A stretch of DNA of 64,000 nucleotides from an uncultured virus (IMG/VR IMGVR_UViG_3300017613_001373) (taxonomy: Duplodnaviria; Heunggongvirae; Uroviricota; Caudoviricetes). The position numbers and the translations under genes are program-made. Below, piece by piece: positions 27,337 to 37,365 of the stretch. Numbering within the stretch: position 1 is the first letter of the stretch; every line of letters begins with the position of its first letter. Under the pieces are notes generated by a model that worked only from the letters and a program-made list of their open reading frames with translations, made no database searches and was not told where the DNA came from. The stretch lies in IMG/VR virus record IMGVR_UViG_3300017613_001373. The stretch is one strand, 5' to 3'.

Positions 27337-30300
27337 CTATACTGCTTGTGTCGCTTGTAAAATCATCTGTGTCACAACGCTTTGAATAATACTGATTTGA
27401 CCACTGGTTAAAACATCAGGATTTAACATTGACAAATCAACTTGAATATTTTTAGAATTGTCCACATTACCGCCAGAATTGAATGATGGAAATGTTGCTT
27501 GTGTAGCTTGTGTTTGATTATTCAAGCGAGATGCAAACTCGTTCACAGATGGTACTACTGTCCCATTTTCATCTGGTACAAATACTTCGGAAACCCCACC
27601 ATCGCCTACAATAATTGGTTGACCCTTTTTCGCTCGACCCCCGTTCGCCATTCGTGGTAACTTGTTTAACTTATTAATCAACGCTGTTAAACTATCAGTA
27701 TTATTAGATTCTGCTAATGATTCTATTTGAGCCAGATATTGATCGACAACACCACGATCTGCCGCAATTCTCAAAGCCGCATCTCTTAATTGTGTTATAG
27801 ATCCAAAACCTCCACCCGAACTAGATGGCGATCCTACCGCTGAATTATTTGAAGGATTTACAGTACTACTATCAAGGAATCCAGATAATGACCCTTCCGA
27901 AATACTATCCTGCGTTTGTTTGAAAATACCAATAATTGCGGAAGCATGTTCACGCGCAAGATTTTGTTCTAGTCGATATTTTTCTGCCTCCATCGTTAAA
28001 ATCATGTCATGTCCATCACTAATAATATCGAATTGTTCACGCATGGTTTCCTTAACAGCATTACGTTGTTGGATACCATGTTCAATAAGAGCTTCAACCT
28101 CCTCTTTTTGAGTTTTCTTCAAATCAGTACGTCGTTCTTCTTCACGTATCCTAAATTCACGTTTTTGAATCGCCCAAGCCTTTTGCAAGTCTTCCAATTT
28201 ACGATCTTGTGATGTTCGTAAATCTTCCTCACTTCTACGGTTTGCTAAATCAGCCGCTCTACGTGCCTCTTCCGCATTATCACGAATTTTTTGAACATTA
28301 TCAGCCGCTTCGCCATCTTCATCTTCATTTGCACGATCTCTAGCAATACGCGCACCCTCTTGGTCAAATTCAAATTTCCGTTTTAATCTCAAAAATGCAA
28401 CAGCATCGTTTTGACGAATTGCTTCATTAGCATCGAATTGGAATTGTCGGCGTAAATCTGCTAGTTTTCGTAAATATTCTTCTTCAATATCTAATTTCTT
28501 TTTAGCACTATCTATAGCGGCATTAAGCTCATCATTGGAACGTTTGTTCTCAATATCTTCCAGTTTACGATCATGTTTCAATGCCAAGTCTTCTACATCA
28601 TCTGCACCATCATCTGCCAATTTTTCTAAATCGTCGAGATGTTTCCGTTTCATTCTGGCGATTTCACGATGAAGGTCTAGCTCTAGTTTAATAACTTGAT
28701 CCGCATGTTCTTTTTGTAATTCTAACTCTGCCTGATTAAACTCTTTTTGAATATCTGCCAATTCTTCATCAACTGCTCTTTGAGCGGCTGTGACTTCCTT
28801 TCCTGTTTCTTCAATAGCATCAGTTAAATAATCGAGTCTAAATTTATCTGCGTCATCTTGACTAGCACGGTCAGTATTTATTTCAATGTCTACAACTGTC
28901 CCATCGAGTGATGTTAACGCTTCTTGAGTTTCCCGAATTTCATCTGTGAATGCCGCCATACCTGCCGCTTGCATTTGCTTATCTAATTCTGCAAAACCGA
29001 CAAAATCATCTTCGTTAAATATTGCTTTTAATCCCTCAAAGCCTGTGATAGCACTAGCAAGCATACCTTGAATCACACCATTAACAAGACCTACAACCTT
29101 TATAAAAGTTCGATACACTTCTGATAAATTTTCTGCACTAAACAATGCACGATCTTCAAATGTCTCAAAATCATCACCCGCCATACCCAAAAGTACTCGA
29201 ATTGTTTGTATCGGTTCTGTTATTCCCGCTATAGCAACACCAGCAAAGTGTAGCAGGTTTCCAAAGACAAGAGATACGGTATCTCCAAATAATTGAAGTG
29301 TTTTTATCGGAACAAGAGATGCCGCCCCTATTGTTTTAAAAAATGTAAAGAATACATCAAACTGTTCTTTACCAGTTTTCAAAGTATTTATAAAATTCTT
29401 AATAGATTCATCAACCTCATCCAAATCAAGATTTTTAATAAAATCTTCCAACTTGCTACCAGCCAAGTTTCCTATTTCAGTCACAAATTGACCTAAACGA
29501 CGCACAATAGTCTCTATCTCATCACTATTTTCTGCAATGAATTCGTTTATTGATATTAAAAACTTAGAAAAGTTTTCATTAATCGCGTCACCATATGCAC
29601 CTTGTAATAATCTGACATTTTCTCGCAACACCCCTAATTGCCGTGATGTTGTTTCCGTAAAGGTTTCAAATTCGACACCACGACCCGCTGTAATTTCACC
29701 CAATCTTTCCAACGCACTAAACGTATCACCTGACTGAGCAAAAGCGATAACCTCATCCAAACCTTCACCACTGGTAAGTTCAAAGATTTGTTTAATAGAT
29801 CGAGCATTACCTTCAACCAACGCATCAATCGCAGAACGAATTGCAGAGGCTTGATCTTTCGGATCACCACCCAATGCCGACAATGATAATAGTTCTGTGA
29901 TTGTTTCCGCAAAGGGATCTAGTTCATCAATATTTTTAACAAATGGTAACACAGCACTAACGATACCCGAAGCATCAACACCCAATCTTCGACTAATATC
30001 AGAAGCAGTATTAAATAGTCGATCACCACCACCCTCATTAACTGAATCAGGTAGAATGTTCTCAAATGCGATAACCTGACCAGCAAATTGATCCGCTATT
30101 TTAGCACTTTCCGCTGTAAGATTAAAAAACGCTCTACTAACCTGCTCTGCAACCCTTAATGCAACTCTACCAATTTCCCTCAATCCCGCTAATATAATCC
30201 CACCCTTTAACAGTTTACCAAAACCTGCCAAAGAACTATTCATATTCTGCATTCCTTGTGATGGTCTTTTGAAATCAGTCCGTTTCAATGCTAGATTAAA

Positions 30301-31413
30301 CTCGCCCGTTTCATCAGCCAACTCGTCAATAACTTTAACAAGGCGTTCATCAGAACGGATCAGATCCAATACCTCTTGTTGCTGTTTATCTAATTCACGA
30401 TTCACATTTCCAATCGGTACAACTAATCCATCATATTCATCTGCTAATTCTGCCAACTTGTTTTTTACAGCAGGAATCGCTTTAATCTGAGCTTTTAAAG
30501 TTCGTTCTGCAACTTTTCTAGATCTAATATTTGCTTTCTCAATACGTGCTTGTAGTTTCAAATCTGCTTCTGCGGATTTTTGTTTAGCTCTTTGAATGTC
30601 CCCCAATATTTTCAACTGAGCTTTTGCATCTTTCTCAATTGCTTTTATTTTGGATTTATCTGAACCAGCCTCGTCCAAAGCATCGTTTAATCTGACTATT
30701 TCATTAGCTACTTTCTGTACATCATCATCAACTTCACCAAAACTATCCAATGCATCAATTAGTTGGACTGCTTCTTGACCCGCTTCTATTAGTGCTTTTT
30801 TAGTATTTGTTATCGAATTTTCACTAGCAGTGGCTTCAAGTGATCGTTGCAATCGTTGTATTTTATCTAAAAACTCTTCACTCTCGTCATTAGCTTTAAC
30901 AAATTCACCTGTCGCTTCTTCTATCTTCAAACGTGTGTTTGCTGTTGCTCTAGCACTTGCTAATTGGCTTTCTGTAAATTGACCTGATAATTTTACCAAT
31001 TCTTCCAGTTCAGCAGGACTTGTTGTTTGCCGTGCTGATTGTTGCACAAAATCTCTTGATTCTGTTGTTTGAGGTAATCGTTGTAATTCTTGAGAAAATA
31101 TATTCTTTTCGCGTCTTGTCGAACGTGTTTTAGGAAGTTCAGATGCATCTTTTGATGTAACTTTCACATCTCCTAGTTCACTACCCAACGATTTTAGATC
31201 TTGTTTTAATAAATCTGTTTCACCTCTAATCGCTGAAATAGCACCCTTACCCGCTTTTTCAATCGCTGTAAATGAAGATTTGGCTTCTACCAAAGGTTTA
31301 AAGAGGTTATTCATCGTATCACTCAATTGCATCATTTTATCATCAATGCGCCCAAGTGCTTCTGTCACCCCTTTGTCATCTAAATCTGCAATGAAAGCAT
31401 AATCAACTGCCAT
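27337..31413 (-). CDS. tape measure protein
   Basis: 1358 aa, helical/coiled-coil; C-terminal MANGG...IVGDGG.SEVFVP...G motif. Confidence 0.88.
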   Translation of the reverse strand: MAVDYAFIADLDDKGVTEALGRIDDKMMQLSDTMNNLFKPLVEAKSSFTAIEKAGKGAISAIRGETDLLKQDLKSLGSELGDVKVTSKDASELPKTRSTRREKNIFSQELQRLPQTTESRDFVQQSARQTTSPAELEELVKLSGQFTESQLASARATANTRLKIEEATGEFVKANDESEEFLDKIQRLQRSLEATASENSITNTKKALIEAGQEAVQLIDALDSFGEVDDDVQKVANEIVRLNDALDEAGSDKSKIKAIEKDAKAQLKILGDIQRAKQKSAEADLKLQARIEKANIRSRKVAERTLKAQIKAIPAVKNKLAELADEYDGLVVPIGNVNRELDKQQQEVLDLIRSDERLVKVIDELADETGEFNLALKRTDFKRPSQGMQNMNSSLAGFGKLLKGGIILAGLREIGRVALRVAEQVSRAFFNLTAESAKIADQFAGQVIAFENILPDSVNEGGGDRLFNTASDISRRLGVDASGIVSAVLPFVKNIDELDPFAETITELLSLSALGGDPKDQASAIRSAIDALVEGNARSIKQIFELTSGEGLDEVIAFAQSGDTFSALERLGEITAGRGVEFETFTETTSRQLGVLRENVRLLQGAYGDAINENFSKFLISINEFIAENSDEIETIVRRLGQFVTEIGNLAGSKLEDFIKNLDLDEVDESIKNFINTLKTGKEQFDVFFTFFKTIGAASLVPIKTLQLFGDTVSLVFGNLLHFAGVAIAGITEPIQTIRVLLGMAGDDFETFEDRALFSAENLSEVYRTFIKVVGLVNGVIQGMLASAITGFEGLKAIFNEDDFVGFAELDKQMQAAGMAAFTDEIRETQEALTSLDGTVVDIEINTDRASQDDADKFRLDYLTDAIEETGKEVTAAQRAVDEELADIQKEFNQAELELQKEHADQVIKLELDLHREIARMKRKHLDDLEKLADDGADDVEDLALKHDRKLEDIENKRSNDELNAAIDSAKKKLDIEEEYLRKLADLRRQFQFDANEAIRQNDAVAFLRLKRKFEFDQEGARIARDRANEDEDGEAADNVQKIRDNAEEARRAADLANRRSEEDLRTSQDRKLEDLQKAWAIQKREFRIREEERRTDLKKTQKEEVEALIEHGIQQRNAVKETMREQFDIISDGHDMILTMEAEKYRLEQNLAREHASAIIGIFKQTQDSISEGSLSGFLDSSTVNPSNNSAVGSPSSSGGGFGSITQLRDAALRIAADRGVVDQYLAQIESLAESNNTDSLTALINKLNKLPRMANGGRAKKGQPIIVGDGGVSEVFVPDENGTVVPSVNEFASRLNNQTQATQATFPSFNSGGNVDNSKNIQVDLSMLNPDVLTSGQISIIQSVVTQMILQATQAV

Positions 31414-31770
31414 TTATATCACCTCGTTAAACTTTAAAAGTCTTTCTATGTCATCCTGCAATTCCATAGCGTCAATTAAAAGTATCTTTTTCACTGTTAA
31501 ATCAGTCTCGCTTTCTATTGTCGATAACTGAGTCTTCAATACCGCTACTTGCATTTTTATATACATCTCCAAATAGTTAATTGCCTGAACATATTGTCCC
31601 TGTTCTTGAAGTTTTTCGTAATATGATTCCATAACATCTAATGTAAACCCGTAATTATTAGAAACACCTATCATTGTGTTTCTTTTGATATTATGTGCAA
31701 GCAGTTTTGGCAATCGCTCTGGTTGAAACTTAAATATATCTTTATTTAATATTGTATCACTATCTAGCAT
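31414..31770 (-). CDS. hypothetical protein in tail operon
   Basis: abuts the tape measure gene. Confidence 0.6.
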   Translation of the reverse strand: MLDSDTILNKDIFKFQPERLPKLLAHNIKRNTMIGVSNNYGFTLDVMESYYEKLQEQGQYVQAINYLEMYIKMQVAVLKTQLSTIESETDLTVKKILLIDAMELQDDIERLLKFNEVI

Positions 31771-32320
31771 TTCTTGTTTTCCCCTGTACCTCTTTAAACC
31801 CTTTTCGATATCCCTTTTTAATACGATTTGTCATCATTGGACGTAATATCTCATTAGCGGTTTCATCCCATAATCTAGCGTCAATGCCTTCTGCATTGTT
31901 TGATGTTAACACCTTACCATTCTTTTTAACCACTGTTCCACCCTTACCAAACAAGCCGAAAGCTCTTGTAGCAGTTTTGTTCCGATAACCCTCTGCTAAG
32001 AATACACGACGTACTGCTGTTGCTTTTTTACCATGTCGAGCATCATTTAACATTCTATAAACAGAAATACTAGCTTGTCTTGCTTTTCTAGCTTTAACCA
32101 TTACACCAAATTCCATTTTTCGATTTGGTGATTTGTAAAATTTTACAAATTTTGGAAATTTAGGTTTATTACGGGAAGACCACCCTTTAGTTGCTTTATC
32201 ACGCATTTCCTGATGTTTCCGTAAAGCAACATTAATATCGTCCAATGCTGTAGTACGAATCTGTTTCATACGATTATTCACAGTAATAGGTTTCTTTACT
32301 AATCTCACAGTTCGTGCCAT
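31760..32320 (-). CDS. basic neck/tail completion protein
   Basis: highly basic; PG/EG-I-x-A-R-x-W type C-terminal motif (EGIDARLWDE); position. Confidence 0.55.
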   Translation of the reverse strand: MARTVRLVKKPITVNNRMKQIRTTALDDINVALRKHQEMRDKATKGWSSRNKPKFPKFVKFYKSPNRKMEFGVMVKARKARQASISVYRMLNDARHGKKATAVRRVFLAEGYRNKTATRAFGLFGKGGTVVKKNGKVLTSNNAEGIDARLWDETANEILRPMMTNRIKKGYRKGFKEVQGKTRNAR

Positions 32321-33015
32321 TATTTAGAAACTCCATCTTGTTTTGATTTTTCTTTTTGACGAGATTCCTCCATTTCAAGATAACTCATCATATCATCTAT
32401 AAACAATGTACAAACTTTTCTAGCACGTTCATCAAGTGGTAATAATGAATACTCAGCCTCACTTAATTGCATTTCAACCATTAATTTGTTTTCCCACAAC
32501 CTAATTGTGTTGTATTCACCTGAACCTTTTGATAATCCTGATAATGCTTCTAAAATAGGTTGACCTTTGAATTTAGCATTGTATGTTTTGTGTAAAACTT
32601 CTGCTATTTTTTCCATTGTCAAAGGTTCAACTAATGCCGCATCATAAACTCTAATCCAATCATCTTCTGTGACAATTAAAGTAGGATCATCAATACAATG
32701 TTCTAAAATATGTCTAGCAACTCGTTCATAATATACCTCAACACTTTGTTCACGACGTTTGTTATGAAGCAATGCGGCATGATACAAATTATAATCATTT
32801 AATTCAAACCACTCTTGTGTGTTTTCTTTAATCTCACCCAAAGGTTTTACTGGCGGTTCATCATATCCCGCTAAATTAAATTCAATTTCATATTCTTGGT
32901 TTAACACTTCGGTTTTATACGTGAATAACCCTAAAGATTCAGGTGTTAAATCATCTAGCTCGAATAACGCTAGTTTTTTTATATCAGTTTTTCCTGTAGA
33001 TAGTTTAATTTCCAT
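32320..33015 (-). CDS. putative tail assembly chaperone
   Basis: acidic, between tail tube and tape measure genes. Confidence 0.5.
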   Translation of the reverse strand: MEIKLSTGKTDIKKLALFELDDLTPESLGLFTYKTEVLNQEYEIEFNLAGYDEPPVKPLGEIKENTQEWFELNDYNLYHAALLHNKRREQSVEVYYERVARHILEHCIDDPTLIVTEDDWIRVYDAALVEPLTMEKIAEVLHKTYNAKFKGQPILEALSGLSKGSGEYNTIRLWENKLMVEMQLSEAEYSLLPLDERARKVCTLFIDDMMSYLEMEESRQKEKSKQDGVSK

Positions 33016-33062
33016 ACAAGTATTATATATTATTGTATAGAATGTTTTATGGGGGGATCAAA

Positions 33063-33094
33063 AAAACATCCTAGAATATGTCCTAGGATGTTTT
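33063..33094 (-). terminator. intrinsic terminator after the tail tube gene
   Basis: AAAACATCCTAG...CTAGGATGTTTT. Confidence 0.8.
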
Positions 33095-33115
33095 CATATA
33101 ATTATTTAACTATGA

Positions 33116-34627
33116 TTAAGGAAGCAATCCCTGAATCAAACCTAATGCACTATGAGTATCACCAACAATGGTCATACGGTTTGCATCAGTAGTTCCAAAA
33201 TAACTGTCGTTGTATCCAGAGTTAGCCAACAATGTGTATTGAGTAAAAGTAGAACCACCATCAACAGATTGGAATACAGTTCCTTCACCTGCAACCGAAT
33301 CGTTTACAACTACTCGTAAAAGCTGTGATTCGTTTTTCACACATTCAATGCTGATAACTTGTTTGTTAACACCGAAATCTTTCAAAACACTCCAGTTACC
33401 AACAACCCCAGCCTCGTCTACGCTTAAATATAAACTTTGCCCATTACCAGCATATAGCAATCCATCTTCCGCAATTGTTATCGCTGTGAAATCACCACCA
33501 CCACTTGGTCCTACTTTTGATACAAACGTATCGTTACCGTCAGTTTCAAGTAAAATGGTATTTGTTGCGCCTACTGCCCAAACTTGTGATTCATCGGTCG
33601 ATGCGGTAATAGCATTAATCTGTGCAGAACCAACATAAATTGGCGCACCGGGGTCATTTGTGAAACCATCAGTTGATACATAAATATCACCAGCAGAACC
33701 AATATAACCACGATCAAAAGACACCTGTTCTAATGCTTCAATCACATCACCAGTTGCACCAGCACTAATTAAAACAGTTGTCCAAGTAGCATTTACCTCA
33801 TCACCAATTAAGATGTCTGAGAATGCAAATTTAGCTTCTGCGGCAACATCTGTCGTACCTGTTCCAACCACAACACGGAAACTATCGCTACCAATAAAAG
33901 ACACTTGAATGAAATCAATATCTTCATCAGCCGCAAATGGATCAGCCGTTATTTCTGTCCATGTCCCACCACCATTATTAGTGAAAAGCACATTGGCAGT
34001 CAACCCACCTGCCGCTGATGTACCAGCGAACATGTGTTGATTTGCACCTTTGTATGCACCTGATGTACATCCACCGCAAACAACATCTTCAATACCATCC
34101 ACGCTCAATACGTTTTCAGTTTCAGTCGTCACATAATTAACCAGCGACAATTGAACAATGCGTAAAACACTGTCAAACGTGATTGAACCCTCTGTGGTCA
34201 ACTCGGTTCCGTCGAAACCGAGCGGCTTATCCGCACCTGTGAGATCTTCAAATACCCCACCCGACCAAAGATCGATTGTTTCCCACCCTGTTGGGTTTGT
34301 AAGTGAACCACATTTGATAATTCGAGAATGAATATTAATCGGACAACCGCTATCAACATGTTCTCGGATTAAGTCTAAACTACCTTGTTCGTAAATTGAC
34401 AACGATGCTGAGGGACTACCAGATGGAGCCTCCTTATTTTTCTTTACTAAAAGTGGACGACCAAAACGATCTGTACTAAACACATCACTTGTTGAAATAC
34501 CGGGAATACTCAAACCTGTGAAACCCGCCGCATCAGAACCCACCGCATATGGGATAAAACCACTCCCTTTGTCCTCTTGTATCCATATTACGACGTTATC
34601 AGCACCTATTACCTTATTACTAGCCAT
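33116..34627 (-). CDS. major tail tube protein with C-terminal beta-propeller (BNR/Asp-box-like)
   Basis: AGGAGG SD, own terminator; TNNGGGTW, STDG, SVDGGSTF repeats. Confidence 0.6.
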   Translation of the reverse strand: MASNKVIGADNVVIWIQEDKGSGFIPYAVGSDAAGFTGLSIPGISTSDVFSTDRFGRPLLVKKNKEAPSGSPSASLSIYEQGSLDLIREHVDSGCPINIHSRIIKCGSLTNPTGWETIDLWSGGVFEDLTGADKPLGFDGTELTTEGSITFDSVLRIVQLSLVNYVTTETENVLSVDGIEDVVCGGCTSGAYKGANQHMFAGTSAAGGLTANVLFTNNGGGTWTEITADPFAADEDIDFIQVSFIGSDSFRVVVGTGTTDVAAEAKFAFSDILIGDEVNATWTTVLISAGATGDVIEALEQVSFDRGYIGSAGDIYVSTDGFTNDPGAPIYVGSAQINAITASTDESQVWAVGATNTILLETDGNDTFVSKVGPSGGGDFTAITIAEDGLLYAGNGQSLYLSVDEAGVVGNWSVLKDFGVNKQVISIECVKNESQLLRVVVNDSVAGEGTVFQSVDGGSTFTQYTLLANSGYNDSYFGTTDANRMTIVGDTHSALGLIQGLLP

Positions 34628-34785
34628 ATTTTAATTTCCTCCTAAGAAATAAATCTTGTATATTTTTAATTTTATTACCATATCAACTAAGAATAAATCA
34701 ACATGGATTTTTGTCAAAAGAATTGGTGCAAAATAGGTATTTATGGTAAACTTATGTGGTATCATAGTTAACGAAAGGAGGAAAT

Positions 34786-34923
34786 ATGCAAGAAATAGAT
34801 TATCCATATGAAGAAAACGGGTTGATATATTTTAATGAAGATACAATTGTTGAACAATTCGCATATACTACTTGGAACGGTTTTTACAAGGTTGAGAACC
34901 AAAAAAGAAAGCACTCGTTATGA
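34786..34923 (+). CDS. small protein (45 aa) inserted opposite to the tail operon
   Basis: AAAGGAGG SD; MQEIDYPYEENG... Confidence 0.5.
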   Translation: MQEIDYPYEENGLIYFNEDTIVEQFAYTTWNGFYKVENQKRKHSL

Positions 34924-34955
34924 GTACTTTTTTAACCTTATTTCCAACCCATTTA

Positions 34956-36068
34956 TTATCTATTCCACAATCTATGACTTTTAACAAACTGTTCTGCTAA
35001 ATATCCTCCATAAGTCGTTACCCCAAAAATATTATTAAGAACACCTAAAACAAGCACTCTTGATATTGCTTGATCTATTTCAAGAGTTGATTTTTGCCAT
35101 TTTGACATAAGCGCATTTTCATCATTTTGATCACAACTAGGTTTTTTTGTCAATAGTGATACTGCTAGTGCGACAACAGGTATTTCAAATTTCCTATCCA
35201 GAACACTTTTGTCACGTCCTTCAAAACCGCTTAGAATATCTACTTCAACGCTATTAGGAGTGGTTGGTGCAGTGTGTTTAAAATATCCAAATTTCTTATG
35301 TTCAACGTATCCACAATATTTAGCAAAACCTTTCATACAATCTCCATCATCATCAGCACAAGGTTGATTGTCAGGATTATATAAAACCTTTACTGGATTT
35401 GTACGATCTGGGAAAATTCTATAAACATCCAGTTCTGTTTCATAAGAATCATCATCGTCCCATGTCAGAGGTACGAAATCAATTGCATTTAACATCGACC
35501 ATTTTCCAATGTTGTAAATCGGTGTTGATGCTGTCCTAACCATCCCTTTATCCTTAACTACAAAATCTGTTATCTCGACATCTGTATCTTTATAATAGAA
35601 TTTCAACTCGTTTGGATCTATTAAACGATGTGCTGATAAGTCGATTGTCGCGGTTTCAAGAAATCCACTATTCAGTGTAGATATACGGACAATGGGTAAT
35701 GTCCCTAAGAGTTCTTCACCTCTTGATGCAATGTCGATCAGAAATCCCTTATTGTCTGTTTGTAATACTTTTGTGGGTGATAATTTATAAGGCGTTTTCC
35801 AGCGTAGTGTTTGTAATTCTTGTGTTTCATATCTAGGAAGAATATTATATCCGAGTTGTTCAGAGATCATTTCTTCCGCTGTAAACACGGCTTGTGCTAA
35901 ATCGTCACGACTCAAGAGATCACCATAACTTTGCTCCCAGGGTGCGGCACATGCATCTGTAATGCGAAAATCTGGTAGGTCAAACCCATTAAATGAGAAA
36001 AGGTCATAATTTAATATCTGTGCTACTTTATTTAAACTTATTGATGTTTCTATTGTTGAAGTTGCCAT
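34956..36068 (-). CDS. head-tail adaptor/connector-like protein
   Basis: RDDLAQAVFTAEEMISEQLGY gp6/gp15-like helix; position; Cys-rich. Confidence 0.55.
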   Translation of the reverse strand: MATSTIETSISLNKVAQILNYDLFSFNGFDLPDFRITDACAAPWEQSYGDLLSRDDLAQAVFTAEEMISEQLGYNILPRYETQELQTLRWKTPYKLSPTKVLQTDNKGFLIDIASRGEELLGTLPIVRISTLNSGFLETATIDLSAHRLIDPNELKFYYKDTDVEITDFVVKDKGMVRTASTPIYNIGKWSMLNAIDFVPLTWDDDDSYETELDVYRIFPDRTNPVKVLYNPDNQPCADDDGDCMKGFAKYCGYVEHKKFGYFKHTAPTTPNSVEVDILSGFEGRDKSVLDRKFEIPVVALAVSLLTKKPSCDQNDENALMSKWQKSTLEIDQAISRVLVLGVLNNIFGVTTYGGYLAEQFVKSHRLWNR

Positions 36069-36093
36069 AATTGTATTTTACCTTAATGTAAAC

Positions 36094-36128
36094 AAAAAAG
36101 AGACTGATTATTCCCAATCAGTCTCTTT
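36094..36128 (-). terminator. intrinsic terminator
   Basis: AAAGAGACTGATT...AATCAGTCTCTTT with a T-tract on the minus strand. Confidence 0.8.
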
Positions 36129-36158
36129 CCCTCCTTTATTCAAACCTTATTATTAAAA

Positions 36159-36506
36159 TTATTTGTAATTCCGATGGATAATGCTTTTGATAAAATCATC
36201 CAATGTGTCCAACTTCACCGCAACATAGCTAAATGTCATAAAAATAGCGAAACCATAGAACACTGGTTCATAGATGAAATACAACATAGAAACGAATAGT
36301 GCTACCCAAACACTTGTGCAGGAAAAACAACTTAACATGTTCCCTACAAAGTCTTTTAACTTGTTTCCACTATCCATAAATGTATTTTGACCAGTATTAA
36401 CGTTATTATATATCCCAAAGTATTCACGTAAACTTGCGAATATTTTTTCATATGTTAATAGCTCTGTTACTCGCGCTGTTGCTAAGATTCCTAAAATTAT
36501 AATCAT
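36159..36506 (-). CDS. DUF1360-like membrane protein with CxxC
   Basis: ATARVTELL..EKIF..LR...MLSCFSCTSVWVA. Confidence 0.75.
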   Translation of the reverse strand: MIIILGILATARVTELLTYEKIFASLREYFGIYNNVNTGQNTFMDSGNKLKDFVGNMLSCFSCTSVWVALFVSMLYFIYEPVFYGFAIFMTFSYVAVKLDTLDDFIKSIIHRNYK

Positions 36507-37099
36507 AGTTGTGCTTCAAGCAGTTTAATCATACCGTTACGGTTCTTATTTGATTTTTCTGCATCAATTAACATCGTAATCGTACCTTCATCAAGTTCAT
36601 TACTAACAATCACTTTTTTCATTTCGCTAATAGATACATTCACGTCAAAAAGGGTTTCCTCACTCGCTTCTTCCATGATTTCATCCACAACGGGTTCTTT
36701 TACAACCTCTTCCACAACCTTTTCTTCAACAGGGTTATCGACAACCAGAACACGAAACAATGATCGACCTCCTGCTACCACACCTAAAAGTTGTTCTGCG
36801 TCACTTGCTAAAATTTCTTGTGGATTGCCACGATCTTGTATCTCACCCACCGTCATCACAATTCGTTTTTTAGAACCTATGTATGCCGCTTTGAACGCAC
36901 GGGACTCATTCTTATGAGGTGATTTAAATGAGTACTGTATACGTGGTTCATACAAGCTGTTGATACGACGTTTCTCAATACTGTCTGGAATAAACTCTAA
37001 AACCATATATTGGTCTTCGGTAATTTCTGGTAAAATATTCATAGTTTTGTTATAAGTGCCAACTGGCAATATTTGGTTTCCCTTTCCTCAGTTACCCAC
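36503..37099 (-). CDS. candidate selenoprotein (MGN-U-GKG..., 198 aa) with C-terminal HeH/Rho-N-like helical motif
   Basis: AAAGGAGA 37108-37115, GTG 37097-37099, in-frame TGA 37088-37090, then open to 36503; body equals ORF 36503..37069. Confidence 0.65.
37051..37072 (-). promoter_or_regulatory. putative bacterial SECIS element
   Basis: AUAU-UGCCA-GU-UGGCA-CUUAUA; stem begins 19 nt 3' of the UGA. Confidence 0.55.
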
Positions 37100-37365
37100 T
37101 TTTTATTTCTCCTTTGGTTGTTATTATCTCTAAAAATTAATCATACGTTGGTATTATATCATACTTTATTACTGTAATGCATTGATATATGGTGGAACTT
37201 TATAAACCAATTCTTCCACATAAAACACATCCAACGATCCATTGCCGTTATTGACAACATTTACCATGATCACTTGACCCCATACCATTGATTCATCAGG
37301 TCTTGATCCACCACCGCCAGCATAGAAAGTTGAATTTTGACCATATTAGGAGTTCGTATTGTTTA

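Noticed and set aside
31760..33015. Programmed -1 frameshift of the tail chaperone
   Set aside because: The genes are coupled by TAATG, and I found no convincing slippery site with an extended frame.
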